Shown here: piece by piece, positions 36,801 through 47,541 of the stretch
How positions within the stretch are numbered: the first letter of the stretch is position 1
Layout: each line of letters starts with the position of its first letter
Origin: Catajapyx aquilonaris
Taxonomy: Eukaryota
Direction of reading: 5' to 3'
Assembly: GCA_000934665.2 (NCBI GenBank)
Contig: KZ538617.1
Location: 1 to 58,478, forward strand
Length of the DNA: 58,478 nt
Translations under genes and position numbers: made by a program
Notes under the pieces: generated by a model
Database searches by the model: none
What the model was told of the DNA's origin: nothing
Seen by the model: only the letters and a program-made list of their open reading frames with translations

Positions 36801-38338
36801 AGACACTCCAAAAGGATTTATTATTACGATATAACGTGGGGGGAGAGGATAAGATAACGCTATGGCGGATTTTGACCTCATAAATGGTACGTTTTGGGGA
36901 CGACAGGGGTAATGCCCGAATTCAGTGGATAATTCAGACTGCATTGTCTCTTTAAGAATGTAAGATGTGTCATACGACACAATGAGTAGGCTATTCAGAG
37001 CATTCTATTCCCTCTCTATGAGGGCAATCGCCTCTAGTATCACCAACCTATTATGTGTTACAACTCGATTAAAAAGTAGTATAGCCACAGATAAGAGCTT
37101 TACACCCACTAGAGACTTGCGTTCGTATACTCGACTACTCATCCGATCGTCAACTCGCAAAGGTACAGTACAACTCCCATCCTCAGTGTTACGAAAAAAA
37201 ACCACCATCCCTCCGTAATCATTTATCAATACTACGGGTTAGAATTTTTAATGAATCCTACGACGTACCGTATATCACTGCACGTGGAACTATACGATTA
37301 TGTAGTTAAGCCTTAGGAATGCGACACTACCCCACTAGATGGCATCCGTATCCTTATCTCCAGACATTGTAGCATCCGAAGCATCCACATTCTGTGCAGT
37401 GTGGTACAAGTTGATACACAATCTAACAATTGCATATGTAGCATTCCTGCTACTGCCCCCCCNNNNNNNNNNNNNNNNNNNNNNNNNCCCCCCCCCCGTG
37501 CATCACAACAGATAAAGTACGATCTCATAGCGTGTATCACGGTAGTTGAGATGGAGCAGGGAAGATGTTGAGTCAGTCAATAGGTAGTACTTATGCATCG
37601 TGGTAGTACTGCTGCAGCAGCAGGTTAGCATCCGTTATGAAATTTGTCTGGAAGTATTTCATTGGTGATGCTTGGGACAGATCCAAACTTGGATCCAAAC
37701 CCTCTGAGGACACTGTCATTGCACGAGAGCGGCAGGTGGGAAGAAGAGCTAAGGTAATATATTTTCTTGCAGGAAAACTGGATGCTTGGGAGTAATACAG
37801 CATGCCTCTGCTGCTGCCAACAGTGAATACAGGGTGGCTTGTCACATGACTGTCATTAGTGTCGGGGCAGTTTCAAATATTTGAAATAACATATGGGTCA
37901 GAAATATTACTCGTGTGTATTTTAGTGCCAGTAGTTGGCCTTTTGCAACTAAATAACTTTGTAAAAGTATACTTCATGGTCTTATGCAAATGTTATGAGT
38001 AGTAAATAATTATGCAAACGCAGTCGACAACCGAACCTGCACCTCTCACCCATCCCATATAACATTCAGGTGGCGGAAGATCACCCATTGGGGGATTTAC
38101 AAATTAATCCCTCAGTGTCGGAAAATACCATACTAACACCAATAGTGAAAAATTAATATATTTGCAGCAAAAAAAAACATGGTTGAGATTTTTTAAGCAA
38201 AAAAAACTAGTACCTTTATCAAGATGTCATTAACCCTGGAACTGTGACATGCCTGAAAGTTACGACAACTGTTACGTGGGGTCTTTTAGGACCCCATCCA
38301 TATTTTAATTTTTATTAATTTTTATATAATACTTTTCA

Positions 38339-38637
38339 GGGCCGTTTTCTCGAACAGTGGTTCAAATGTAAACCCGGTTCAAAGCCGGTTTGAAGGGCCA
38401 GTTGCACCGACCTCAGTATATCTTAGAACCTCGGGTATAACAAGAATTGCCATAGCAATCATTGTTGACCAACAATGATTGCTATGGCAATTCTTGTTAT
38501 ACCCGAGGTTCTAAGTTATACTGAGGTCGGTGCAACTGGCCCTAAACCCTTGACAACAGCCTAACAACAATCAAATCAGGGATTAAACTGGCTTTGAACC
38601 CGGTTTACATTTGAACCACTGTTCGAGAAAACGGCCC
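38339..38637. mobile_element. PIF/Harbinger MITE
   Basis: TCA|GGGCCGTTTTCTCGAACAGTGG ... CCACTGTTCGAGAAAACGGCCC|TCA; the empty site in the 5348 copy has one TCA. Confidence 0.88.
38395..38542. mobile_element. Near-perfect 148-bp hairpin MITE (Harbinger-like), nested
   Basis: GGGCCAGTTGCACCGACCTCAG ... CTGAGGTCGGTGCAACTGGCCC; flanks GAA and TAA. Confidence 0.75.
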
Positions 38638-38722
38638 TCAATGTATTGACTATATGCAATCATTCTATGAACAATGCCTAAAATGATCGCTAATTCAAAA
38701 TAAACATGCATTTCCTGTTATA

Positions 38723-38846
38723 CAGGGTGTTTCAACTTTTTTGTCCGAACAGTTATCGGAATTGTTGGGGCATATTCTGGCTACATAGCTAGAAGATACA
38801 TAGGCTTTTCCGATAACTGTTCGGACAAAAAAGTTGAGACACCCTG
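38723..38846. mobile_element. Tc1/mariner-type MITE, nested
   Basis: TA|CAGGGTGTTTCAACTTTTTTGTCCGAACAGTTATCGGAA ... CACCCTG|TA; absent from the 5348 copy. Confidence 0.88.
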
Positions 38847-39808
38847 TATACTTTTTAAAAATGGCCAAGGTTTATTGTAATTATCATTTTAATGCATTTT
38901 AATTCCTTCGGGGTCCTAAAAGACCCCACGTCATGGTTCCAGGGTTAAGCAGCTGGAAGTGTTTGGCCTGCACTTGATGAACTTGATTGGTATCACCCAA
39001 TTTTGTGTGTTGCACTATTGTCGTATGTCATGTAGGGCCTAACATGTTTTTGCCATAATAGATTTTCAACTGTAAAGGTCCATTTGCATGAGGATGTTCG
39101 TACTCAGCTACCACAGCTTTGAATAAATCAGCTTTTCTCTTAATTGACAATGACATACACCATCAATGTTGACAGTGAAGATGAACACTCATTTATGCTG
39201 CAGAAGCTGTACAGGAGTGTCCTCATGTAAGTTGAAAACTGAAATGAATGACTCTTAACTGAATGAAATCATTCTACTACATGGATGGGTTAAAACCACA
39301 GAACCCTCTAATCTCGATGTGCTATACCTTCTTTGAGTATTATTGACCCAGCATAGCAACCCGGAAGTCCCAAGTGTCCATTTTCCCAGGCAATAACAAA
39401 CACCCCCCAACCCCACCAAACACTGTCCAAGTTGTAAGGCGTCAATCCATTGGCATCTGCAATTGAGCTGGAGCCAACCAAAATGCCTTACAAAAGTGGA
39501 GCACTAACCACACTTCTGCACCCCTCATGCCACTGTCCCTACATTAAATATTAATGTAAATTGGGTATGGTCGTGCTCAGCCTGTGAAGGAAAATCGCTG
39601 CTGTCTAGGGAAAAAGGTTGGGGGAGGGGGGGGGGGGTTGTGTGCCCTAATTAAATGCGTACGAATGATATATGATCCAGATTGAGGTTGGCAAATGCGG
39701 GAGGTCGTTAAACCTTCACACAACGTACCGTGCCGTGTGACAGGTTGGCTTGTGTTTTGAGACGTGTGGGGATATTGCTGGGTTGACTCTGTGTTTTTTA
39801 AATGCCAG

Positions 39809-40092
39809 AACCCTGTGGATGGCATCTCGAGGGCTGCAGACCGCCCCTCTGACGTGGGCAGCTCTGATTTGGACTGGGATCTGTGGGACTCGCGCTACAT
39901 GCTGAAGGAAGAGGAGAGTGAGGAGAAGTGGCATGGGTGGTGCAGGCCTTCCTGCATCCCCATCACTATCATCCTTGTGCTCATCATACTGGTGGTGCTG
40001 CTTCCCTTGCTCGACCAGAAGTGGGAGGAGGAGAAGAGGGAGGACCTTGAGTTGCTGCAGCAGCAGTGGAAGGCATGTCGCAGCACTTGCCA
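39809..40092 (+). CDS. PLD3: PLD3 exon encoding cytosolic tail and TM helix
   Basis: TGCCAG acceptor; [26 protein letters not shown]; donor CA|GTAAGC in phase 2 fits the next exon. Confidence 0.82.
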
Positions 40093-43000
40093 GTAAGCAT
40101 TTCTTTGCTTTATGGTATTGTAACCTAGCATGGTTCACAATTGGGAGGAAAGTTTGTGTATAGCATGACAAATTAAATTTACCTTTCTTGTGCAAGTGAC
40201 TGAATAAGTGGCCTAGTTGAGCAATAACTGGGAGCAATACCTAACCTCTCCTAATGCCAACGTAACCGACATAATTCCCCAACCTCACATTTTCACTAAC
40301 AATTTTTATCTCAAAAGTCAACACCATTATCCTCAATGGCTCTTTTGATGGCCTTTTTGGTGCACTTTTTTTTTCGCAATTATGGATATAAAGGTAGCCT
40401 GTCCTTTTCAGTGTAGGGGAAGCATAAAGAAAATAAGGAAGTAAGGCATGTGGTTGATTAAAACATTAACGAATATAAAATCTGAAGGAGTATGGTCACA
40501 TAGTACTGTCATGGAAGGCCCAGAGATTTGTGTCACATATTTTTAATATTGTTAGAAAGACCTCACACATTCAAAACAAACATATCAGAAACATGGAGAG
40601 TTGGACAGTATGGTCCTCACAACCATTGTTCCCTTCTTGTGCATTTTATCATTGTCCGAGATTAATCATGTGAGCATTCTGTATGATTATATGATTACCC
40701 TCATTTATGTTGTTTTTGTTTCAGTAGTCCCATTGCTTTGGATTTTGGGCAGTTATTTAATTGTTACATGAGTTTTTATGCTTGCATTGCTAGTGTGAGT
40801 GGCAAAGAGACTAGAGTGGAAAAAATGATTTTTTATATTTTTTATGGATACCCCGTGATAGGCCCCTTGGGCCTCTTAGGGGATCATCTTTTGAATACCC
40901 GACTTTAATCATTTGCCTGTAATGTGATGGATTTTGATAGTGGGAGGAAAGGGAGAACCCCGAGAAAACCCACGCGAACACGGAGAGAACCCATCTAAAC
41001 TCTATCCACATAAGTATCCTCCGTCCGACCCGGGGATCGAACTCGGGACCTTAGAGGTGGAAGGCTGCGGAGCTAACCACTCGGCCACCGTGTCGCCCCG
41101 GAAAAAAGGATTTAGAATGCATGTTGCACATAAAAGAAAAATGTAGTTATGCTTGGTTCCAGAATTATTTCCAAAATAATATGGCTAACAATTAGCAACA
41201 TCTATCACATGTCGTACATATATTCTCTGTTCCAAGGCTTAAGGCAGAGACCACTCAGGGCGATATCTGTAAGCAGCCCACTCCAGATTACCTACTGCTA
41301 TAACTGAGGGCATTATTCGATGCTCTGAAAGACAGATTTGTCATATTCCTTGCATCAACAGAGGGCACCTTGGTAATTACCGCATGTAAAGCATGATAAC
41401 TCTTGAGGTTTTTGTGCCTCATGGAGCCTTCAGTTATTGTCGGGAGTGATCTGGAGTAGGATGCATTTAAATATGGCAGTGGGTGGTTACTGCCTTGGAA
41501 CATGGAGTACACTACCAACTAAAAACTTATAAAAATTTATATTATTTATTCATGTTGCCAATGTACTTTTCATACCTAGGTGCCTGTTCTCTCTCTCTCT
41601 CCTCCTCCTCTTCACCCCCCCCCCCGGATTTGCTTCTGACTGTACGTGTCCAAGAGTGAAGTAGGCTAGTGTTTGTCTTTTTGCCTATGAATATTTCACT
41701 ACCCCAAGCATGCAACTTTGCATTATTTACATCAATGTAGTCTTCATACCACCATCAAAACTTGGTATTATATGAATCTGGAGTGGAAACTTTAGCTTTC
41801 ATGTTAAAATAATTGGTCTGTATGTGAGCCGACAGGATGGAACAAAGAATTGGGAATTTTTGTGATTCTTATCTCCAACCAATTTAAGCAATCAAGTAAT
41901 CAACACCATTTGTTTGGCATGTAGTTGAATAAAGAGAGTTAGTCCTGATTGTTGCTTCTGTTTCAACTGGTTGGGGTAAATAATTCGTAGCTTATTATCC
42001 TTCCTCAGTTAAGGGTGTCTGTTTGATAAGTGTTCCATCCTGTTGACCCACACCAGGTGGAGGGTGGACATTGGGAAAGGGGGGCACACTGGTTTAGTGG
42101 TTCTGCCACTGGGGCCAGCCAAGCATGACTGCAGGTCTGGGTTACAAATCCTATCCCTGTCACCTTGCTTGTTGGGCTTTTTTCTGATTTTCTATTGACT
42201 TGTTTAGGAAGACTTAGTCCCTTTTTTGCCCAGGGTCAAGAGAAAAGGTTTGGTGATGTATTGCCCAAGGTTCCAGTTAGAAGGAAGAAATTGTGGATTG
42301 TTTAATCCAGCAACCAGTTGGAAAATAATCGATTGGAAAGAACAATCAAGGCCATATTCACTTCTTGTGATAGTTGCTTCTGTTTAAGCTTGTTGCTGGA
42401 GTAAACAACCCATAACTTTTTAAATCTGTCCCTCTTCAACTGGAGACTTGTGCAGTGCACTTACCCTGCATATATTTGTACATGTTTGACACTTTTAATG
42501 GACAAATGGTATTGTATGTGAACATCATACAAGAATAATTGCCACTTGGACTTTGACTGTGGGGCTCCTTGCAGTGCTATGCAATGTGGACATAGCCTAT
42601 ATTTAAACTTGTTTACCACAGCCTTGGAAAACCGGATAAGCAATTTGGAAGCTTCATGAAAAGGGCACACTGATTAGCTGATTACATCAATTTTAAATGT
42701 ACCCTATAAATAACTTGTGACAATTTTTGCCTCTCAGGTTGACTGTAGTGGAAAGCATACCAGAGGGCCTAGTGTACAAAAACAGCACCACATCACACTT
42801 ATCCACTTTCCAAGGATGGATGAATTTGCTCAACTTGGCTACTTCCACTATCGAGATTGGCTCCTTTTATTGGACTCTGCAACCTGGCGATGTCATGCCA
42901 AAGCCAGACCCATCTTCCGCTGAGGTGAGTACAATGAAATGAAAAGGGGGGAGAAGAGATAGAGGGAATTTAATATAGCTTAAATGTTGTTGTTTTATTC

Positions 43001-45882
43001 TAGGGTGAGCAGATTTTCCAGGGACTTATGGAAGCTGGTTTATCCAGGAAGATACAAATCAAAATTGCTCAAACACTGCCATCTGATTCCAAGCCTAACA
43101 TGGACACTAAATTACTGGAAGAAAAGGGAGCTGCACAAGTACGTGTATAATGTTTTAAAATGTGGACTGAAGCAATGAGGTCACTTTTTAAACTTAGGTG
43201 AGGAGCTTGGATTTTGAAAAACTGCTTGGAAATGGGGTGTTGCACACAAAAATGTGGATAGTGGACAGGACACATGCCTACATTGGAAGTGCAAACTTTG
43301 ATTGGCGATCCCTCACTCAGGTACTGGTGTGTATGATTTTGCTTGGGATTGATAATTTGAGTAACATGTGTTGCTTATTCCAGGTTAAGGAATTAGGAGT
43401 CGTTGTTTACAACTGCAGCTGCTTTGTCAAAGATCTGGCAAAAATCTTTGATGTAAGTAACACCAGCTAATTGAAAGTTTTGCCTAAGGAATCAATTATT
43501 ATGAGAGTGATTTTAATTGAAGTTACTGTTGTGTCAATCTAAAATTCAACAGCCAAGGGGGATGTAGTAGTGGCCCAAATATCTGCCATGTGTAAACAGA
43601 ATGAGGGAATGAGTCTAGTTGGGCAGCAATGGTTTACCTACATGCTGCAATTTAACATGTTTTCTTATAGTTGGGAGCATTTTGTGTTACCAGTTTGTTT
43701 TGTACATACCACATATTTTCTGCGCATCAGAAATTTTTTTCAGGCATGTGGATCTATGTTAGTTGAGCCTAGGAAAGTTGGGGCTACCTGTAAATGTAAC
43801 TGAAATTTGATAATGAAGACCTTTACCAAATAATGCTGCAACACATTTTTAATTGCTCTTGGTGGATGTAAGGCCAATGTTTGACTTTCCTTGTTAATTT
43901 ATATTATCTGCTTTCAGGTGTACTGGGATTTGGGAAAAACTGATGCAAAGATTCCTCCCAAGTGGCCTGAAGCCTATCAGACAATCTACAATTCACACAA
44001 CCCCATGGACATGGCTTTCAATGGCACTAACTTGAGCTCATATATAAGTGTGAGTTATTAATCATACGAAAAGTCAGATACCAAGAGGTGAAATGTAACA
44101 ATTACAATATTTTCAGAGCTCACCTCCTGAGTTTTGCCCCAAAGGACGCAACACAGATCTGGATGCTATTTTGAGTGTAATTGACAATGCCAACAAATTT
44201 GTCTACATCAGTGTGATGGATTATATGCCAGTGACTCTTTACACTCCAACAAGAATGTTCTGGCCTGTGATAGATGACAGGCTGAGGGCAGCTGCAATTG
44301 AGAGAAGGGTGACAGTCCGCCTTTTAATTAGCAAGTGGAAACATACCATCAAGGCCATGCCCAACTTCCTTCAGTCACTTGCTGCCTTGAATCAAGTCTA
44401 TCGTAATGTGAACATTGAAGTTGTAAGTACACAGGGGTGTCTAGTAATATATGTCCCAATACTTTGGGAAACTATTTTAGGTTTCACTGAGGAGTACCGA
44501 GTTGGTTACTGATGGGATTCACAAGGATAAAAAGGACTCTGGACAGTCCGTGATGGGGTTCTTAACCTGTTGAGGGCGATGTCCGTCATAATTATGATGG
44601 TCTGCGGATATTTGAATTTGGCGCTCTAAAATGTGCACAGAGAATGTAACTTTGCGGTTCCAAAGTCAGTTCAATATACTCCTGCCATCTCTTGGATGGT
44701 GACTAAACTACCATGAGACTCCCACAATTCACTGGGCGGGAGGCAAGCTGAGTTGAACATGCCAAGGCCATGGGGCTGCTACATCATCTTTCATGTAAAA
44801 AAACACCCTGAGTACAGGGTGTCCGTAAAGTCTGGACCCTTGGGAGTTTATCATGGTACAGTGTTGTGGTAATATTATGCAACCATAATAACAGTGTATA
44901 GTGATTATGGTAACTTGTTAGACCTATAGACGTTATGTGAGCCAAACGATTTAAAAAAATTATTTCTGGAACACCCTGTAGACGACTTTTTTCCGGCATT
45001 TTACATTTAAAAGGACCACCACGAATTAAAATGATTAATTTTGGTGTGAAGTTGTTATTCATTAATATCACTCCTACATCAAATTTTGGACAAAAGAGAG
45101 AAAAAAGGCCCAAAAACCTGCCAAAAACTCCGCCGTCAACAGGTTAATAGTTTGGGGTTAAGGAACAAAATTAATGTGTAACTAATCCTACAAACTTCTT
45201 CAAATAATATGGGGTTGCTAGATGATGATTTTATATTCAGGCATCAGGTGTCATCACCACCTCCTCATTGAAATAATTAGCTTTTATCAGGAAGTGTAGT
45301 GCAATATATCCTGTCCAGGGGTGGGGCCTACATCCAATGATGATTGTATGTGTCTGCAACTGGTCACATCATGTGATTGCCCATGGCCAAAGAAGGGGAG
45401 AGGGGGAAAAGTAATGGATTGTTTTTATGTAGCACAACCAGTTTAAAGAAGAAACAATTATAATAATCTACTTTCATAATGACTGGGTCAATTGTTCACA
45501 ATATGTTTTTCTTTCATTTCAGAAATTATTTGTGGTTCCAGCCACCACAGCCCAGGCTCGAATTCCATTTGCACGAGTGAACCACAACAAGTACATGGTG
45601 ACTGACAATGTTGCATATATAGGTATGAGTTCATGTCAGTGCCAAAAATTGAACCATTGCAACCTTTTTTTCTTATTGTAAACAGGAACTTCCAACTGGT
45701 CTGGTGACTACTTCATCAACACTGCAGGAGTAGGACTTGTCATGAATCAGACCCACACCAACATTGCAATGGGGAGAATTCTCAACATGTCCACCTCCAT
45801 TCGACAGCAGATACAGGATATATTTGAGAGGGATTGGGCTTCGGAGCATGCCAGGCCACTGAAAGAGTTTTTCCCTTCATGA
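39809..45882 (+). CDS. PLD3: PLD3-family type II membrane protein (5'-3' exonuclease / phospholipase D3-like); about 613 aa if the 31137 exon is used
   Basis: join(39809-40092,42738-42924,43004-43138,43198-43320,43384-43452,43918-44049,44117-44422,45523-45622,45686-45882); GT-AG and in phase; [87 protein letters not shown]. Confidence 0.93.
40832..41099 (-). mobile_element. SINE type A copy (V-domain-like)
   Basis: Close homologue of 18818-19066; TSD GGAAAAAA(T/G)GATTT. Confidence 0.88.
42079..42270 (+). mobile_element. Degraded SINE type B copy
   Basis: GGGGGCACACTGGTTTAGTGGTT...CAAATCC...GCCCAGGGTCAAGAGAAAAGGTTTGGTGAT resembles the type-B head and body. Confidence 0.55.
42738..42924 (+). 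CDS. PLD3: PLD3 exon
   Basis: [11 protein letters not shown]...[13 protein letters not shown] boundaries. Confidence 0.92.
43004..43138 (+). CDS. PLD3: PLD3 exon
   Basis: [12 protein letters not shown]...KGAAQ; AG/GT boundaries, phase 0. Confidence 0.9.
43198..43320 (+). CDS. PLD3: PLD3 exon, first HKD motif
   Basis: [11 protein letters not shown]...[14 protein letters not shown]. Confidence 0.93.
43384..43452 (+). CDS. PLD3: PLD3 exon
   Basis: [23 protein letters not shown]. Confidence 0.92.
43918..44049 (+). CDS. PLD3: PLD3 exon
   Basis: VYWDLG...IPPKWP...SYIS. Confidence 0.9.
44117..44422 (+). CDS. PLD3: PLD3 exon
   Basis: [18 protein letters not shown]...ISVMDY...[13 protein letters not shown]...VRLLISKW. 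Confidence 0.93.
44566..45143. mobile_element. piggyBac-like element with a nested Tc1-type MITE (44815-44978)
   Basis: TTAA|CCTGTTGAGGGCG ... CGCCGTCAACAGG|TTAA; inner TA|CAGGGTGT ... ACACCCTG|TA. Confidence 0.75.
45523..45622 (+). CDS. PLD3: PLD3 exon, second HKD motif
   Basis: KLFVVP...[21 protein letters not shown]. Confidence 0.93.
45686..45882 (+). CDS. PLD3: PLD3 terminal exon
   Basis: [15 protein letters not shown]...[13 protein letters not shown] at 45880-45882. Confidence 0.92.
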
Positions 45883-46707
45883 GACTTTTAATATTTAAGG
45901 TTGTGGTTTGGCCAGAATTATTTGTCGATTATTGCTGAATCCCAACAAGGGTTTTGTCAGCAATATTTACTGGGAAGTTCAGGTAAACATATCATGTTTG
46001 TCATGACTGTGGCAACGATTTTGAGTCCATATCTATGCCATACTTGAAGTGGGCCAGTTTACATCACAAACAAGTGCTTTATCCAGTTGGAGCATTTTGA
46101 ATGTGTTAACATGGGGCAATTTTTAATAGTGTATTTATCTTATACAATACTTTGGGAAGTTTGAATAGGTTATTATGAAATACTCTAATTCTGTGCGTGA
46201 ATTTTGAATGATGGCATTTTGTGCATTGCAGCCATTCCATTGAGGCTGGAAAAATTCTGCAAGATGGGTTCATTATGAGACATTTGCAAAATTACCAGTT
46301 TTAGACTACATTTGTGCTGTTACAGGGATTTTTTAAAACCTTAATTGCTCATTTTTACGTCTAACTTATAACTGTATGAAGTTGAACTTCCATAGCTTGA
46401 AATTCCTCCAAACAAGTTTTTAGTTTTGGAAGTTCAAGGTAGAACAATTAATTTTCTACGACATTGTCCAGGCCCAGATTTTCTTTAATGGAAGAATCAG
46501 TATTGACCAAGGTTACCATACATCCACTACATGCAGCCCCCTCTACATTTATGAGTAATGCAGCAAATATTATTAGTCACTTAGAGGGGCAACAGTGTGA
46601 TATGATACATGCTTACAAAGTGGTTTAATCGTTATTGTTTGAACAGTGTGTAATGATCGAGTCTTATCATATTCCTTGATATGAATTGAGTGTGTGGCCA
46701 TTTTTAA

Positions 46708-47177
46708 CCCTTAACCACGTAGGTGGGTGAAACACCTTTAACTACGTCGGTGGAGCCTGAGAGGCTCCAACGGTATATTTCAATTTCTGCTTATCAACTA
46801 AATTGTTATATTGGACTTTTCACATACAGAAAGTGGAGTTCAGATCATTAGGCTTCCGAAAACGTAAAAATCACACGCTTAGTCAGCATATTCCGACAGG
46901 GAAAAATTCTTAATTAAAAGGTTACATCATGCTTGAGCCGCTCAGTCTTCACCTGCACAGGTAGAGCCAGTATAGAGTCCAGGAGGGACCTGTTCCTCGT
47001 TACGAATTTTTTTAAACCAAACAATAGGGACTTAAAAAAAATTTCTTTCCTTTTCATGCTTAGGAAGATTTTTCTGACAAAGTCACGGAAGGACAGGGGA
47101 AAATAAAATTCAATGAAAAGTTATATGCGTTTAAATAGTGGTTGGAGCCTCTCAGGCTCCACCTACGTAGTTAAGGG
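46708..47177. mobile_element. piggyBac-like MITE
   Basis: TTAA|CCCTTAACCACGTAGGTGG ... CCACCTACGTAGTTAAGGG|TTAA; subterminal GGAGCCTGAGAGGCTCC palindromes. Confidence 0.83.
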
Positions 47178-47494
47178 TTAAAGAACTACCTGAGGGCTAA
47201 GCTATATCACAATAATTCTCCTGTACTCTCCAAGTGCAGTACCTGAAATCTTTCGCAGTACTATATAAGGCGTACTGCTTATATGTACCATGCAAAAATA
47301 GGGCATACCAAACACATAGTTCATATTAGTTAGTGATTCTTTAGCATGAATCTGCTTATTATGGAGAAGTTACTTTCAAGCAATTTGATAGGTTATCAAG
47401 ATATGAATTACAATTAGTATCCTGCATTGAATAATTCACCCCCCTAAATTGCAGTGAATTATAGTGGGAATGACTCACGTGAGGGGGGGGGAGG

Positions 47495-47498
<4 letters not shown>

Positions 47499-47536
<38 letters not shown>
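47499..47536. repeat. (GA)n microsatellite
   Basis: About 19 GA units. Confidence 0.95.

Positions 47537-47541
<5 letters not shown>

Larger units (their letters stand above)
38234..38944. mobile_element. piggyBac-like MITE carrying nested insertions
   Basis: TTAA|CCCTGGAAC ... GTTCCAGGG|TTAA; colinear with 5348-5617 once 38339-38637 and 38723-38846 are removed. Confidence 0.88.

Noticed and set aside
36795..37229. Short ORFs in CpG-rich DNA
   Set aside because: No recognisable motif; no product can be assigned.
39716..40237. 173-aa minus-strand ORF (also 3648-3995, 57176-57544, 53732-53995)
   Set aside because: Antisense shadows of real coding exons or of the LINE ORF.
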